A stretch of DNA of 64,000 bases from a virus. Below, piece after piece: positions 41,735-50,505 of the stretch. How positions within the stretch are numbered: position 1 is the first letter of the stretch; every line of letters begins with the position of its first letter. The stretch is from IMG/VR virus record IMGVR_UViG_3300042691_031577, positions 46,142 through 110,141 of that record; one strand, 5' to 3'. The notes under the pieces are model-generated. The model was not told where the DNA came from and made no database searches. It saw nothing but the letters and a program-made list of their open reading frames with translations. The position numbers and the translations under genes are program-made.

Positions 41735-42439
41735 TTAGAACTTTATATATCCTGTAGAATAATATTCATTATATAATTTAACTCTTAGGGTATTTAATTT
41801 TTTAGTTACCTTAGTTATTTGAGGAGTAGAGGCATCTGTTATTTCACGAATGTATATATATAAAGCTTTTTTATTAAATATTTCCAACGATTCTCTTTTT
41901 CGGAACAATTCCATAACGGCGTCTGCTGTTTTAGCATCCTGTGGTTTGGGGAATAATTTATAAAGATACTTATCAACGTATTTTACGTATAAATCTATAA
42001 ATAAGTTTAAATTGATATCATCTTCAGATTCCCTTATAGTCCTATCTAAAAACGATTTATCTTCCTCAATTTCATCCATTTCTCCATGTTTCTGGAGTTT
42101 TTTATAATTATTGTTATTGTATATAATTAGGTATCGTTTAGCGATAGTTCCAAAATATGAATACGCTTTACCTTTTCCCTGAGCATATAGATGAAGTTTC
42201 TCTAGTAGAAATGTAACCACCTCGTGTTTTAATTCCTCAATAGTGTTTATATCTGTATAGTAGAATTTGAAGGTATGTATAATGTTTTCTGCTAATTTAT
42301 AGAAAGCATACCTAATCTTATCATTGTAGATTCTATTCCTTTCGATTTCATCTGTAGTTTGTAAAAACTCCAGAATGGCGTCCTCAGTTTCTTGGGTAAA
42401 ATATACACTAGGACCTGTCTTGTTTTGATTATTTTCCAT
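41735..42439 (-). CDS. Late-transcription sigma factor (T4 gp55-like)
   Basis: AFYKLAENIIHTFKFYY...GKAYSYFGTIAKRYLI matches the gp55/sigma region-2 pattern; short, with no clear region 4. Confidence 0.72.
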   Translation of the reverse strand: MENNQNKTGPSVYFTQETEDAILEFLQTTDEIERNRIYNDKIRYAFYKLAENIIHTFKFYYTDINTIEELKHEVVTFLLEKLHLYAQGKGKAYSYFGTIAKRYLIIYNNNNYKKLQKHGEMDEIEEDKSFLDRTIRESEDDINLNLFIDLYVKYVDKYLYKLFPKPQDAKTADAVMELFRKRESLEIFNKKALYIYIREITDASTPQITKVTKKLNTLRVKLYNEYYSTGYIKF

Positions 42440-42477
42440 TAATTACGATGGTAATAAGGAAAGATGTGGTAGCCAAG

Positions 42478-42750
42478 TTATTTTTTAGAAACGTTTTCTA
42501 AAAGTTCTTTTAGATCACTTATATCCTTAAATACTTCTTCTAGCTCGGCATCGCCTTCAACGTACATACGTTCATCTATTTTAGATAAACTAGATATTAG
42601 CTGAGATGAAATAAAATCTATATTCTCAATATATTGTTGTTGTTGAATAACAACTTTTTCTAAAGTAGTATTTTTTCTAATTAAAAAATAAACACCTACT
42701 CCCAACAATTCAGCTAGGTGTACTCCTAATACCCATAAAAATATTTCCAT
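42478..42750 (-). CDS. Small membrane-anchored protein
   Basis: N-terminal TM plus coiled coil. Confidence 0.65.
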   Translation of the reverse strand: MEIFLWVLGVHLAELLGVGVYFLIRKNTTLEKVVIQQQQYIENIDFISSQLISSLSKIDERMYVEGDAELEEVFKDISDLKELLENVSKK

Positions 42751-42752
42751 AA

Positions 42753-42962
42753 TTATCCGTTATATGTTTGGTTAAAAGCAAAATCAAAATCGTCATGCTC
42801 AGTACTAACCAATTCTTTAACTTTTTCTAAGTGTTCTTTTAATTGTTCTACGGTTTCAATAAGTTCCTCTTGGGACATACCGCGATTAACTTGAACTTGT
42901 AATTTATGTCCAATGTTTTGGGCTTGTGTTAAGCCGTCTATAACTTGATTTTTAAATCTCAT
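42753..42962 (-). CDS. Hypothetical protein
   Basis: 69 aa; motif at 42980-42988 upstream. Confidence 0.65.
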   Translation of the reverse strand: MRFKNQVIDGLTQAQNIGHKLQVQVNRGMSQEELIETVEQLKEHLEKVKELVSTEHDDFDFAFNQTYNG

Positions 42963-43071
42963 AATTGTATATGTTTATATATAAATATACGTCGTTCCCC
43001 GTCCCCACTGTCTGTCTCTCCCTTTCCTACCTTTTTAACCAAACCCGTAGGCAAAAAATACTAAAAATCTT

Positions 43072-43260
43072 TTAGGTATCCAAACTTCCTTCATAGAAAG
43101 TAAGAAAAAGTTTAAAATCTTCTTCTAACTCGCTCATTGTTATATTTTCGTAGGCATCTTCATTATCATAATCGTAAATGCCACTAACATATTCCTTAAT
43201 CTGTAGATCACGATCAACGAACATGTTTTTTAAATTTGATTCAACTTCAGGTAAAGTCAT
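43072..43260 (-). CDS. Hypothetical acidic protein
   Basis: 62-aa ORF in operon context. Confidence 0.55.
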   Translation of the reverse strand: MTLPEVESNLKNMFVDRDLQIKEYVSGIYDYDNEDAYENITMSELEEDFKLFLTFYEGSLDT

Positions 43261-43263
43261 ATT

Positions 43264-44193
43264 TTAATTAGCTACGGTAAGTGTATCTCCATCAACATCA
43301 GTAATATAATACCCATCAAGCCCTGTGTTAAATAAGGTACATTCCATTTCATAAATAACACCTCTACTATCTATAGCCCGACAAATACCTCCGGTATCTT
43401 CATTTAGGCCTACTTCTTCTCCCACATCTTCTAAACTAAACGATATTGTTTCCTCTTCTCCATTCACAGTTAATATTTTACATTTAACAGAGTCACCTCT
43501 ATCTAATTCCCCTACCCCTAATAATTCAGGATCAATTTCCCACTCATATTCTTCAGGATTAAAATCCTCCATCATTTTTTTAGATATAATTTTATTATAG
43601 TCATTCATATTCAATGTTCGTCCTTCAGAGGCCATACTAATTATATTTTCGGCTACATCATGAAGATCCATATCTGTTTTAGCATCTTCACGAGCATACT
43701 CAAGTAAACGAATAAATAAAGGTACATCTAATTTAATAACGTCTTTTGGATTTTCCACCTCTTTTAGCGCACTGCCTTTCCCATTCGCCTTTTTATCCGT
43801 ATATACGCTTTTAGGCGATTTAACTTGGTTTATTTTAGAGGAACGCCTCAACACTTGATTAACCATGTCGATAGCTTGAGGATCAATAAATTCAATTGAG
43901 AAAGTACCATTCAATTTATCATCTTCAATAGCATAGCTATCAATAGCTATTCCTAATTTTTCAAGGCGATTGATGAATGCTGCTTTATCTTCGGATTTAA
44001 TAGTGAATTTTTTAATTTCACTTAATCCCTGTTTTTTCTGGGATAAATAATTTTTAACCCCATCTTTGTACATGTTGTACATTTTAATAACCTCAACTGG
44101 ATTATTTTTAATTTGTTGGAGCTTTTCAAGTGGACCAGCCAAACTAGGGGTATTTGACATGTATTGGAATAATTCCTCGTAATAATTCTTCAT
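43264..44193 (-). CDS. Multi-module hypothetical protein
   Basis: Modules separated by LSE/LKE/MME; contains DVPLFIRLLEYAREDAKTDMDLH; late motif at 44198-44205. Confidence 0.7.
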   Translation of the reverse strand: MKNYYEELFQYMSNTPSLAGPLEKLQQIKNNPVEVIKMYNMYKDGVKNYLSQKKQGLSEIKKFTIKSEDKAAFINRLEKLGIAIDSYAIEDDKLNGTFSIEFIDPQAIDMVNQVLRRSSKINQVKSPKSVYTDKKANGKGSALKEVENPKDVIKLDVPLFIRLLEYAREDAKTDMDLHDVAENIISMASEGRTLNMNDYNKIISKKMMEDFNPEEYEWEIDPELLGVGELDRGDSVKCKILTVNGEEETISFSLEDVGEEVGLNEDTGGICRAIDSRGVIYEMECTLFNTGLDGYYITDVDGDTLTVAN

Positions 44194-44204
44194 ATTAATA
44201 AATA

Positions 44205-44245
44205 TTTGGAGACTTAAAGAAAAAATTTTATCTTTACATCATAAT
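44205..44245 (+). promoter_or_regulatory. Bacteroidetes-type promoter driving tRNA-like RNA 1
   Basis: TTTG (44205-44208), 20 nt, TATCTTTA (44229-44236), then CATCATAAT. Confidence 0.7.
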
Positions 44246-44254
44246 AAATAAAAT

Positions 44255-44372
44255 AGTCAGGTGGCGAAAGGATCGGGATATCCCGGTCGTGGTAGACGCA
44301 GGTCGTAGGTAGCACCGTTTGCAAACAGCCTTAACGTGGTAAACATTACAGGTTCGAATCCTGTCCTGACTA
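44255..44372 (+). ncRNA. tRNA-like RNA 1 (118 nt; Leu-type D arm with an inserted hairpin; no canonical anticodon arm)
   Basis: Acceptor AGTCAGG/CCTGACT+A; T-arm ACAGG-TTCGAAT-CCTGT; D arm GCGAAA...TGGTAGACGC. Confidence 0.85.
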
Positions 44373-44745
44373 CAATATAAGTATATACTTTTGTCGACAC
44401 AAAAAGATCGTTTAAAAGAGTTCTTTGACATCTTGCAAAATTTCCCAAAAGGGGTTAGTCCGAAAATGCGAACGCAAAAATTGGAGATATACGTATATAC
44501 TGTCGATGGCGAAGAGGTGTTTGCGAGTTGTGAATACGTCACATTAAATTTTGTACCAACATCATCCCGCGCATGGACCGCGGCTAGCATGGGGACAGAT
44601 CGCTATTAGATCGCCGGCGGGCCGCTATCGCCTGCACTTCCCTAGATCTCTTTTGCCCGGCGGGTGATTTTTTATCGAGCGCGCTAGCTCGCGTAAATAT
44701 TGCTTTATACTAGCACACCTGCGATCATATGCGATAGAGACAAAA

Positions 44746-44775
44746 GAGCGCATGCTTTTATGTTCGCATGCGCTC
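44746..44775 (-). terminator. Intrinsic terminator closing the early cluster
   Basis: Perfect 10-bp stem GAGCGCATGC/GCATGCGCTC, followed by TTTTG on the minus strand. Confidence 0.7.
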
Positions 44776-44799
44776 AATCGTTTAAACCGTATGTTCTTA

Positions 44800-45195
44800 T
44801 TATCCGAATATAATGTCTTGATAGAATACGGTCTGCAGCATTACATCAGCTGTTTCCGCATCATCATTTTCAGTAATCATATTCGTCAGATGTTCTATTG
44901 GTGTCTGAGCTACTCTCTCATGAACGTCCGATAGATCAATTGTACTATTCATTTCACCATCACCTTCTTCATCTATTATAGTTAATGATTTACCTAAACG
45001 AAGTACCTCTAATAAAACATCCTCGTAACAGATTCCTTGATCGGGATTCTTTGATTTGAGGCTCTGCTTAGCGGCTTGATAATCTTGCTCATCTGTTTCT
45101 AAGATGAGACCGTAGCCTGAAATGTAAGACAATCCGTTACATAATGCATTGTGGAACATTTCTTCTGATTCTTGTGGTGTTAAAATTATTTTCAT
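44800..45195 (-). CDS. Hypothetical acidic protein (probable start 45195)
   Basis: MKIILTPQESEEM follows the hairpin promoter at 45218-45249; C-terminus DAETADVMLQTVFYQDIIFG. Confidence 0.7.
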   Translation of the reverse strand: MKIILTPQESEEMFHNALCNGLSYISGYGLILETDEQDYQAAKQSLKSKNPDQGICYEDVLLEVLRLGKSLTIIDEEGDGEMNSTIDLSDVHERVAQTPIEHLTNMITENDDAETADVMLQTVFYQDIIFG

Positions 45196-45369
45196 TTGTT
45201 TGTTAATTATTATGAGATAAAGATAGTGGACGAGCTTTGCCCGTCCACTTTTCCTTAAAACAACTAAACAATAATCAAACAAACAATCAATTATTAAACA
45301 TTATGAAATTGAATTTCGGTGTGATAAATGCTACTATAGCTAAGTTTTCCGGATCCGCTATTATTTTTA

Positions 45370-45585
45370 TCATTGCATTAGCCCTTTCATTCTTAGGATC
45401 TGATGTCTTAATTTCTCGATCTCCTCTTTCTGCTCGCCCATAATCATAAAACACATAAATGTAATTGCCATCATCAATACTAAGAAACCAATGATAAAAT
45501 CTTGATCGCTTTGTGCTTTAACAAACATTAAATACAGTGAGATAAAGCCTAATACTACACTGATAATTCCGTTTAAAATTTTCAT
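45370..45585 (-). CDS. Small two-TM membrane protein
   Basis: Two hydrophobic helices; own promoter cassette. Confidence 0.7.
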   Translation of the reverse strand: MKILNGIISVVLGFISLYLMFVKAQSDQDFIIGFLVLMMAITFMCFMIMGEQKEEIEKLRHQILRMKGLMQ

Positions 45586-45644
45586 ATCGTTTTGTTTTTA
45601 ATTGTGATGTAAAGGTAAGTGGCGAGCTTTGACTCGCCAAACAA

Positions 45645-45833
45645 TTAGTACATTTGATTTTTACAAAAGCGAGTAGTTCGGAATTTTGATTTACTCGTTG
45701 AACAAGAAGACATTACCGCAATACCTAGTATAAGTAAAACCCATACTACAAATAAAGCTTTAGCTTTGAATTGATGATTTTTTGTTACTTCGAAATCACC
45801 GTTCTCTAATTTTGTTACGTTAAAATCTGACAT
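45645..45833 (-). CDS. Small membrane or lipoprotein-like protein
   Basis: Hydrophobic helix ending MSSC. Confidence 0.6.
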   Translation of the reverse strand: MSDFNVTKLENGDFEVTKNHQFKAKALFVVWVLLILGIAVMSSCSTSKSKFRTTRFCKNQMY

Positions 45834-45895
45834 AATATTTTTGTTTTAATTGTGATATAAATGTAATAAAAAAGGCTCTGACGAGCCTTAAATAA

Positions 45896-46075
45896 TTAAC
45901 CTTGAATCATTATTCCGTTTTCAAATATAACCCAAGCATAATTTGAATAATGATCATTGGGTTCCATTAACTCTAACTCAGTTAGAACATCATTTAATTC
46001 TTCTCTAGTACATGTAGTAGTTAAATTAGAATAAATGTCACTTGGATTTGGGAAAATTAGATAAGTGTTTTTCAT
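45896..46075 (-). CDS. Hypothetical protein (59 aa, not in track)
   Basis: MKNTYLIFPNPSDIYSNL...FENGIMIQG*, between two cassette boundaries. Confidence 0.65.
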   Translation of the reverse strand: MKNTYLIFPNPSDIYSNLTTTCTREELNDVLTELELMEPNDHYSNYAWVIFENGIMIQG

Positions 46076-46132
46076 ATCGTTATTAATTGTGATATAAAAA
46101 TAAATGGGTAGTCTTGACTACCCAAATATTAA

Positions 46133-46366
46133 TTAATAATCTAAATTAAATGTAATGACTTTAGGTCCTATATACTTACCTTCATCATCGAAGATATCAT
46201 CATCGTCTTCATCAAAATTATCACAACATAAGTCATCGTCTAAATCAATGTCTTCTTCTTGTAATTCTAATTTGACTGTGTAATCAGTAGGATCAGTGTT
46301 TTTTAAACATATTACTGTTTCTGGATCTTGTTGAGATAGTATCTCAATTAATTCTTTTACTTTCAT
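46133..46366 (-). CDS. Small acidic protein
   Basis: MKVKELIEILSQQDPET; Asp-rich. Confidence 0.7.
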   Translation of the reverse strand: MKVKELIEILSQQDPETVICLKNTDPTDYTVKLELQEEDIDLDDDLCCDNFDEDDDDIFDDEGKYIGPKVITFNLDY

Positions 46367-46424
46367 TGTTTTATTTATTTAATTGTGATGTAAATATAAA
46401 CAACGAATTTTGACTAAACAACAA

Positions 46425-46586
46425 TTATTTCAATCGATATTGAAGTGTATCATTTACATTGTACTTAGCTGTGCTATAAACAGTGTATGTTAAGGTATCA
46501 TTCGCTGATTTAGCCTCATACTGGAAACTACCATTGCTGTACCCACAGCATGATATTATGATTATTTTTGCTATTAATATTTTCAT
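46425..46586 (-). CDS. Small protein (53 aa), paralog of 52468-52632
   Basis: MKILIAKIIIISCCGYSNGSFQYEAKSANDTLTYTVYSTAKYNVNDTLQYRLK*. Confidence 0.75.
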   Translation of the reverse strand: MKILIAKIIIISCCGYSNGSFQYEAKSANDTLTYTVYSTAKYNVNDTLQYRLK

Positions 46587-46598
46587 GATATAAAGATA

Positions 46599-46787
46599 TT
46601 ATCCTTTACCTTCTTCATAGATATCATAACTAGGATCATTATCATTTTCTTCTAGTTCTTGATCTAGAGACAAAAAATCACCTTTGAGTGCTTTATCTAA
46701 AGCTTCTTCTTCATTGTTTGCTTCAACAACATAAGTGTAAATAGACGTTATAGGTCTAATTTCATTTACAATAAATCTTTTTGACAT
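46599..46787 (-). CDS. Hypothetical protein
   Basis: VVEANNEEEALDKA motif; own promoter. Confidence 0.7.
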   Translation of the reverse strand: MSKRFIVNEIRPITSIYTYVVEANNEEEALDKALKGDFLSLDQELEENDNDPSYDIYEEGKG

Positions 46788-46896
46788 AGTATTTTTATTT
46801 AATTGTGATGTAAAAATAACAAAAAAATCTTGACAAACAACAAAAAAAGCGCCTCATTTCTGAGACGCTCTGTCTAATAAAAAACAACTATAACAA

Positions 46897-47292
46897 TCAA
46901 GAAACAACTTCTGCTTTAACTACCTTAGGCCTACCCGGTTTGATCTGAATACCGGCTGCTAGCTTCTCAGCGCGCGCCTGCATTCTTTGTTGACGGGCTG
47001 ATCCCTCTACAGCTGGCCTACCTCTGCGCAACAAACCTTCTTCACGCAAACGAGTTTTTTCAGCAATACGAATCTGTCTAGGTGAATTTGGATCCACCGG
47101 TCTACCTTTTTTCTTGGTAACACCCTCGTTTGTGATGTTGATGACAACATTCTCAGTTTGGGGTTCCACCTCTTGTTTGCCTGCGATTGCAGCTTCGATT
47201 TCGGCTTTTTTCATTCCGGTAATGTCAATACCTAATGATTTTGCTTCTGCTTTCATTGCGTTGAATAACGCTAATCCGTTTTGATTTTTCAT
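46897..47292 (-). CDS. Tandem GRP (AT-hook-like) repeat DNA-binding protein
   Basis: KKGRP, RRGRP and KPGRP; the first two are followed by SxRQ helices. Confidence 0.7.
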   Translation of the reverse strand: MKNQNGLALFNAMKAEAKSLGIDITGMKKAEIEAAIAGKQEVEPQTENVVINITNEGVTKKKGRPVDPNSPRQIRIAEKTRLREEGLLRRGRPAVEGSARQQRMQARAEKLAAGIQIKPGRPKVVKAEVVS

Positions 47293-47333
47293 AACCTTTA
47301 TTTTTTTATTAATTGTGATTTAAATGTACAAAA

Positions 47334-47510
47334 TTAGTTTTGACCATCAAGTTCTTTTCGCTCAGCAACTAGATACTCGATTTGATCAACAGGCATAGTC
47401 ATGATCAATTGTCTTAACATTTGATCTTCCATCCCTACTTCTCTGATGATGTTTTCCATTGTTTCACCATCTACTTCTTTTAATGCGTTGATAATTTCTT
47501 GTGTGTTCAT
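47334..47510 (-). CDS. Hypothetical protein (58 aa, not in track)
   Basis: MNTQEIINALKEVDGETMENIIREVGMEDQMLRQL...; promoter upstream. Confidence 0.65.
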   Translation of the reverse strand: MNTQEIINALKEVDGETMENIIREVGMEDQMLRQLIMTMPVDQIEYLVAERKELDGQN

Positions 47511-47589
47511 AATCGTTTTTATTTATGATATAAAGATAATACAAATAACTGTGCCTGACACAAAAAAAGCGCTCATAGAGCGCTTTAAT

Positions 47590-48003
47590 TTAAATTACTT
47601 CGTGCCATCCGTGAACGTTCCAATCTTTTTCTGTTTGACGATTTTCACTGAATTGAGTTAGATCATCTACTAGATAAAGACAACTGTCGCCACTCACGTA
47701 GATGTAGGCTTTGTCTTTAGGTACGGAAAAATCACTATCGATGTGCAAAACGCAATACATATCTTTTTTGATTTTGTATTCTTCTCCGAATATCTCTTTA
47801 CCTATCTTCTTGAGCAATGATTTGAATTCTTGATTGTCTTTTAAAAATTGTTCCCATTGTTTGCCTATACAATCATAACGATTATGCTCGTAATTTAATG
47901 CAGGCAAATTCTCAATTTTGATTAATTCAGTAAATGATAATTTACTTTTTCCGTGACCTAAAAAGGCCTTAGCAGCAGTGCTGCTGTTGATTGCTGTTGT
48001 CAT
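47590..48003 (-). CDS. Hypothetical protein
   Basis: 137 aa; promoter upstream; terminator AAAGCGCTC/GAGCGCTTT downstream. Confidence 0.7.
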   Translation of the reverse strand: MTTAINSSTAAKAFLGHGKSKLSFTELIKIENLPALNYEHNRYDCIGKQWEQFLKDNQEFKSLLKKIGKEIFGEEYKIKKDMYCVLHIDSDFSVPKDKAYIYVSGDSCLYLVDDLTQFSENRQTEKDWNVHGWHEVI

Positions 48004-48291
48004 AATTCAAAGAACTTATTAATTGTGATGTAAATATAATAAAATTACTTTGATCTACCAATATTTCTGAAGCTGCTTCGTTGTTTAAAAAATTTACTGT
48101 CGGACAAAGGAGCCCTCTTTGGAGCTGGAGCCCCAGGCCCTCCAGACCATCCTTCCCTCAGCTTCCCTCTTCTACACGCCGGACAAGGATCCCCAGGATC
48201 GTACGATAAAAATTGCTTAGAGCATTTATTACACTTAGTTCTCACCATAATACATAATAAAAATGGCGCTCAGATAAGCGCCAAAACCGTA

Positions 48292-48528
48292 CTAATAATC
48301 ATCAAATAGATCATCATCCTCATCTACATCGTCCCATACACCTTCTTCGGCGTCCGTCTCTAATTCATCGATCTCTTCTAATTCAGCAATCATGCTATTT
48401 ACTTGCTGACCCATGTATTCTAAGTCAATGTTGGTGATTACGGTATTAGATTCCATCGCTTCATCTAATATGTTATTGATTTCCTCTTCTGCTTTACGCA
48501 GGTGTCTTAATATTTTTTCCTTATTCAT
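48292..48528 (-). CDS. Small very acidic protein
   Basis: 78 aa with an Asp/Glu-rich tail. Confidence 0.65.
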   Translation of the reverse strand: MNKEKILRHLRKAEEEINNILDEAMESNTVITNIDLEYMGQQVNSMIAELEEIDELETDAEEGVWDDVDEDDDLFDDY

Positions 48529-48630
48529 GGTACAAAATTTTAGATAAATATAATAAAAAGGAATAAAAAAACAAAGAAAAAACCGCCTGCAGGCAAAAAG
48601 TCTACAGGCGATTTAGGTAAAAAACCGTTA

Positions 48631-48894
48631 CTAAGCAGCAACGGTTTCGGTTTGTTTTTTCGGACGTCCGGGACCTACTTTCTCACCGTTAGCAATACGC
48701 GCTGCGCGATCAGCTAATTTTTGCTGGCGTTTGCTTGTAGTTGATGCTGGACGACCTCTTTTAATTTGATCACCATTAGCGATTCGCTCTGCGCGAGCAG
48801 CTAATACTTGTTGACGCTTTGAACCTTCAACTGTTGGACGACCTTTACGTTTTGATTCTGTTGCAGTAGCAACTGTTGTGTTTTCTGTACTCAT
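48631..48894 (-). CDS. Tandem GRP (AT-hook-like) repeat protein, paralog of 46897-47292
   Basis: KRKGRPTVEGSKRQQ / KRGRPASTTSKRQQ / GPGRPKK. Confidence 0.75.
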   Translation of the reverse strand: MSTENTTVATATESKRKGRPTVEGSKRQQVLAARAERIANGDQIKRGRPASTTSKRQQKLADRAARIANGEKVGPGRPKKQTETVAA

Positions 48895-49342
48895 AACCTT
48901 TATTATTTATTTTTTAAATTTAACGATGTAAATATACGACTTGAGTTTTGCCTTCCAACATTTTTTGTTGCAAAAAATTCGTAGTAAAAAGAAATTGGCT
49001 ACAAGATACAAACAAAAGCTTTGCCAAGCACAAAGATAGCCTGCACAAAAGTGCTAGGTTTTCTAAAAATTTGTTCGTACATTGGTAATCATTTTCTGGA
49101 TTACTACAGTTGCTAAATTGTTTGTTGGTGATTATTGTCTGAACCTACCACAGTTTACATATTTGTTTGTTCGTACTGACTATAACCGTTGGCGGTGCTA
49201 CAAAGGGCTGTGCTACTAGGTTGAGTAACTCACGGGCTACTTAGACGAATTCATCGTTTGAACAACAATAAATATACGAGAACAAAAAAAGACAACCATT
49301 ACAGTTGTCTTTCCTTAACTAAATTTGCGCGTTTGCTTTGCG

Positions 49343-49606
49343 TTATCTGTGCGGCTTATATTCCTTCGCCATCCTATCCGCTCCTAATCCTTCATACTTA
49401 AGTAATGCGTTAGCAATATACATTTGAAAACGTTGAATTGTTTTACATTCATTAATTGCTTTTAAAATTGACTGTTTGTCTTTGTCGTTGATGTTTTTTG
49501 ACTGAACAAATTCGATTGTGTTTTGCTTTGCAAAATTCAGATCGGCTGTGTTGAATACTACTTCTGAAATCTGTTCAAAAATAGACTTGATTTGTACTTT
49601 TGACAT
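49343..49606 (-). CDS. Hypothetical protein
   Basis: 87 aa; promoter cassette upstream. Confidence 0.7.
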   Translation of the reverse strand: MSKVQIKSIFEQISEVVFNTADLNFAKQNTIEFVQSKNINDKDKQSILKAINECKTIQRFQMYIANALLKYEGLGADRMAKEYKPHR

Positions 49607-49971
49607 GTTGTTTGTTGTTTATGATGTAAATGTAGGCAAAAAATCTTGCCAAAACAACAAAAAAGAACAAAAAGAACGTAAAAAATTGGTACAAAATGCG
49701 TGAAAAGTATATCTGGATATATGGTCGAGTTGTAAGATGGGTGTTGGTGTGTACAATTTTCTCGATCTGCACCAATTCATCACCACCAATCACCACAACT
49801 CATTCCACCCATCACCCTAATCTTATTTTTCGAGCGCCCGAAACTCTCTTTTCAATTTCCCTACACTCTAGTTTTTGTCATCCGTTACTACCTTTTCGTA
49901 TCACCTAACCTCCATTACCTTCAGCGCCACTTTGCGCATCTTTAGTGCATCTAACACATTTGTTATTTTAG

Positions 49972-50054
49972 TAGTCAGGACAGGATTCGAACCTGCTTTA
50001 GGGCTTACGACCTATGATATTCTATTTACGACAACACCATGTCGCCACCTGACT
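49972..50054 (-). ncRNA. tRNA-like RNA 2 (83 nt)
   Basis: AGTCAGG/CCTGACT+A; T-arm GCAGG-TTCGAAT-CCTGT; 6-bp D stem GCGACA/TGTCGT; no anticodon stem. Confidence 0.82.
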
Positions 50055-50071
50055 ATTTTATTATTCTGGAT

Positions 50072-50263
50072 TTATATTATTCTCCATTTAAATTCATTTG
50101 TTTGTCCTATCTCATCTCCCACATCATTACTCCAAAGTATCAACATAGTATTTTCCTTATCATTTAACAATGATTTGAACCATTCCAATTCTTCCACATC
50201 ATTGTGGCTATACCACAACTCATCATCTATTTCTATTTCACACTCTATTTTTAGTTTTGCCAT
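50072..50263 (-). CDS. Hypothetical protein (probable start MAKLKIEC)
   Basis: Track ORF 50072-50287; the internal ATG is more plausible. Confidence 0.6.
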   Translation of the reverse strand: MAKLKIECEIEIDDELWYSHNDVEELEWFKSLLNDKENTMLILWSNDVGDEIGQTNEFKWRII

Positions 50264-50495
50264 AGGTTTCGTTGTAATATTGTTCAAATTCTTCTTTATG
50301 AAACTTTAATGAATTTTCTCCATTAACATAGTTCTTTTTAATATATTCAAACATCTCTTCCTTCTCCATTGCTTTGGCTTGTTGGAATTCTTCTTTAAAA
50401 GCTACATAAAAAGACATGGCAATAAAACTATCACTATCTTTTGTGGCTATTTTTTCCATTAACCATTCTACTGCTGTCTGTTTTTTATTTTCCAT
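50238..50495 (-). CDS. Hypothetical protein of the KQTAVEWL...EQYYNETY type
   Basis: KQTAVEWL, AKAMEKE and EQYYNETY motifs, recalled from Flavobacteria-type phages; probable start MENKKQ. Confidence 0.7.
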   Translation of the reverse strand: MENKKQTAVEWLMEKIATKDSDSFIAMSFYVAFKEEFQQAKAMEKEEMFEYIKKNYVNGENSLKFHKEEFEQYYNETYGKTKNRV

Positions 50496-50505
50496 TGTTA
50501 CCTCC

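Noticed and set aside
44318-44326. TTTGCAAA as an Ala(UGC) or Cys(GCA) anticodon loop in tRNA-like RNA 1
   Set aside because: The flanking bases do not form a 5-bp anticodon stem
44373-44450. HDV-like (theta) ribozymes at the 3' ends of the tRNA-like RNAs
   Set aside because: No nested double-pseudoknot pattern recognisable by eye after any of the four elements; a motif search would be needed to exclude it fully
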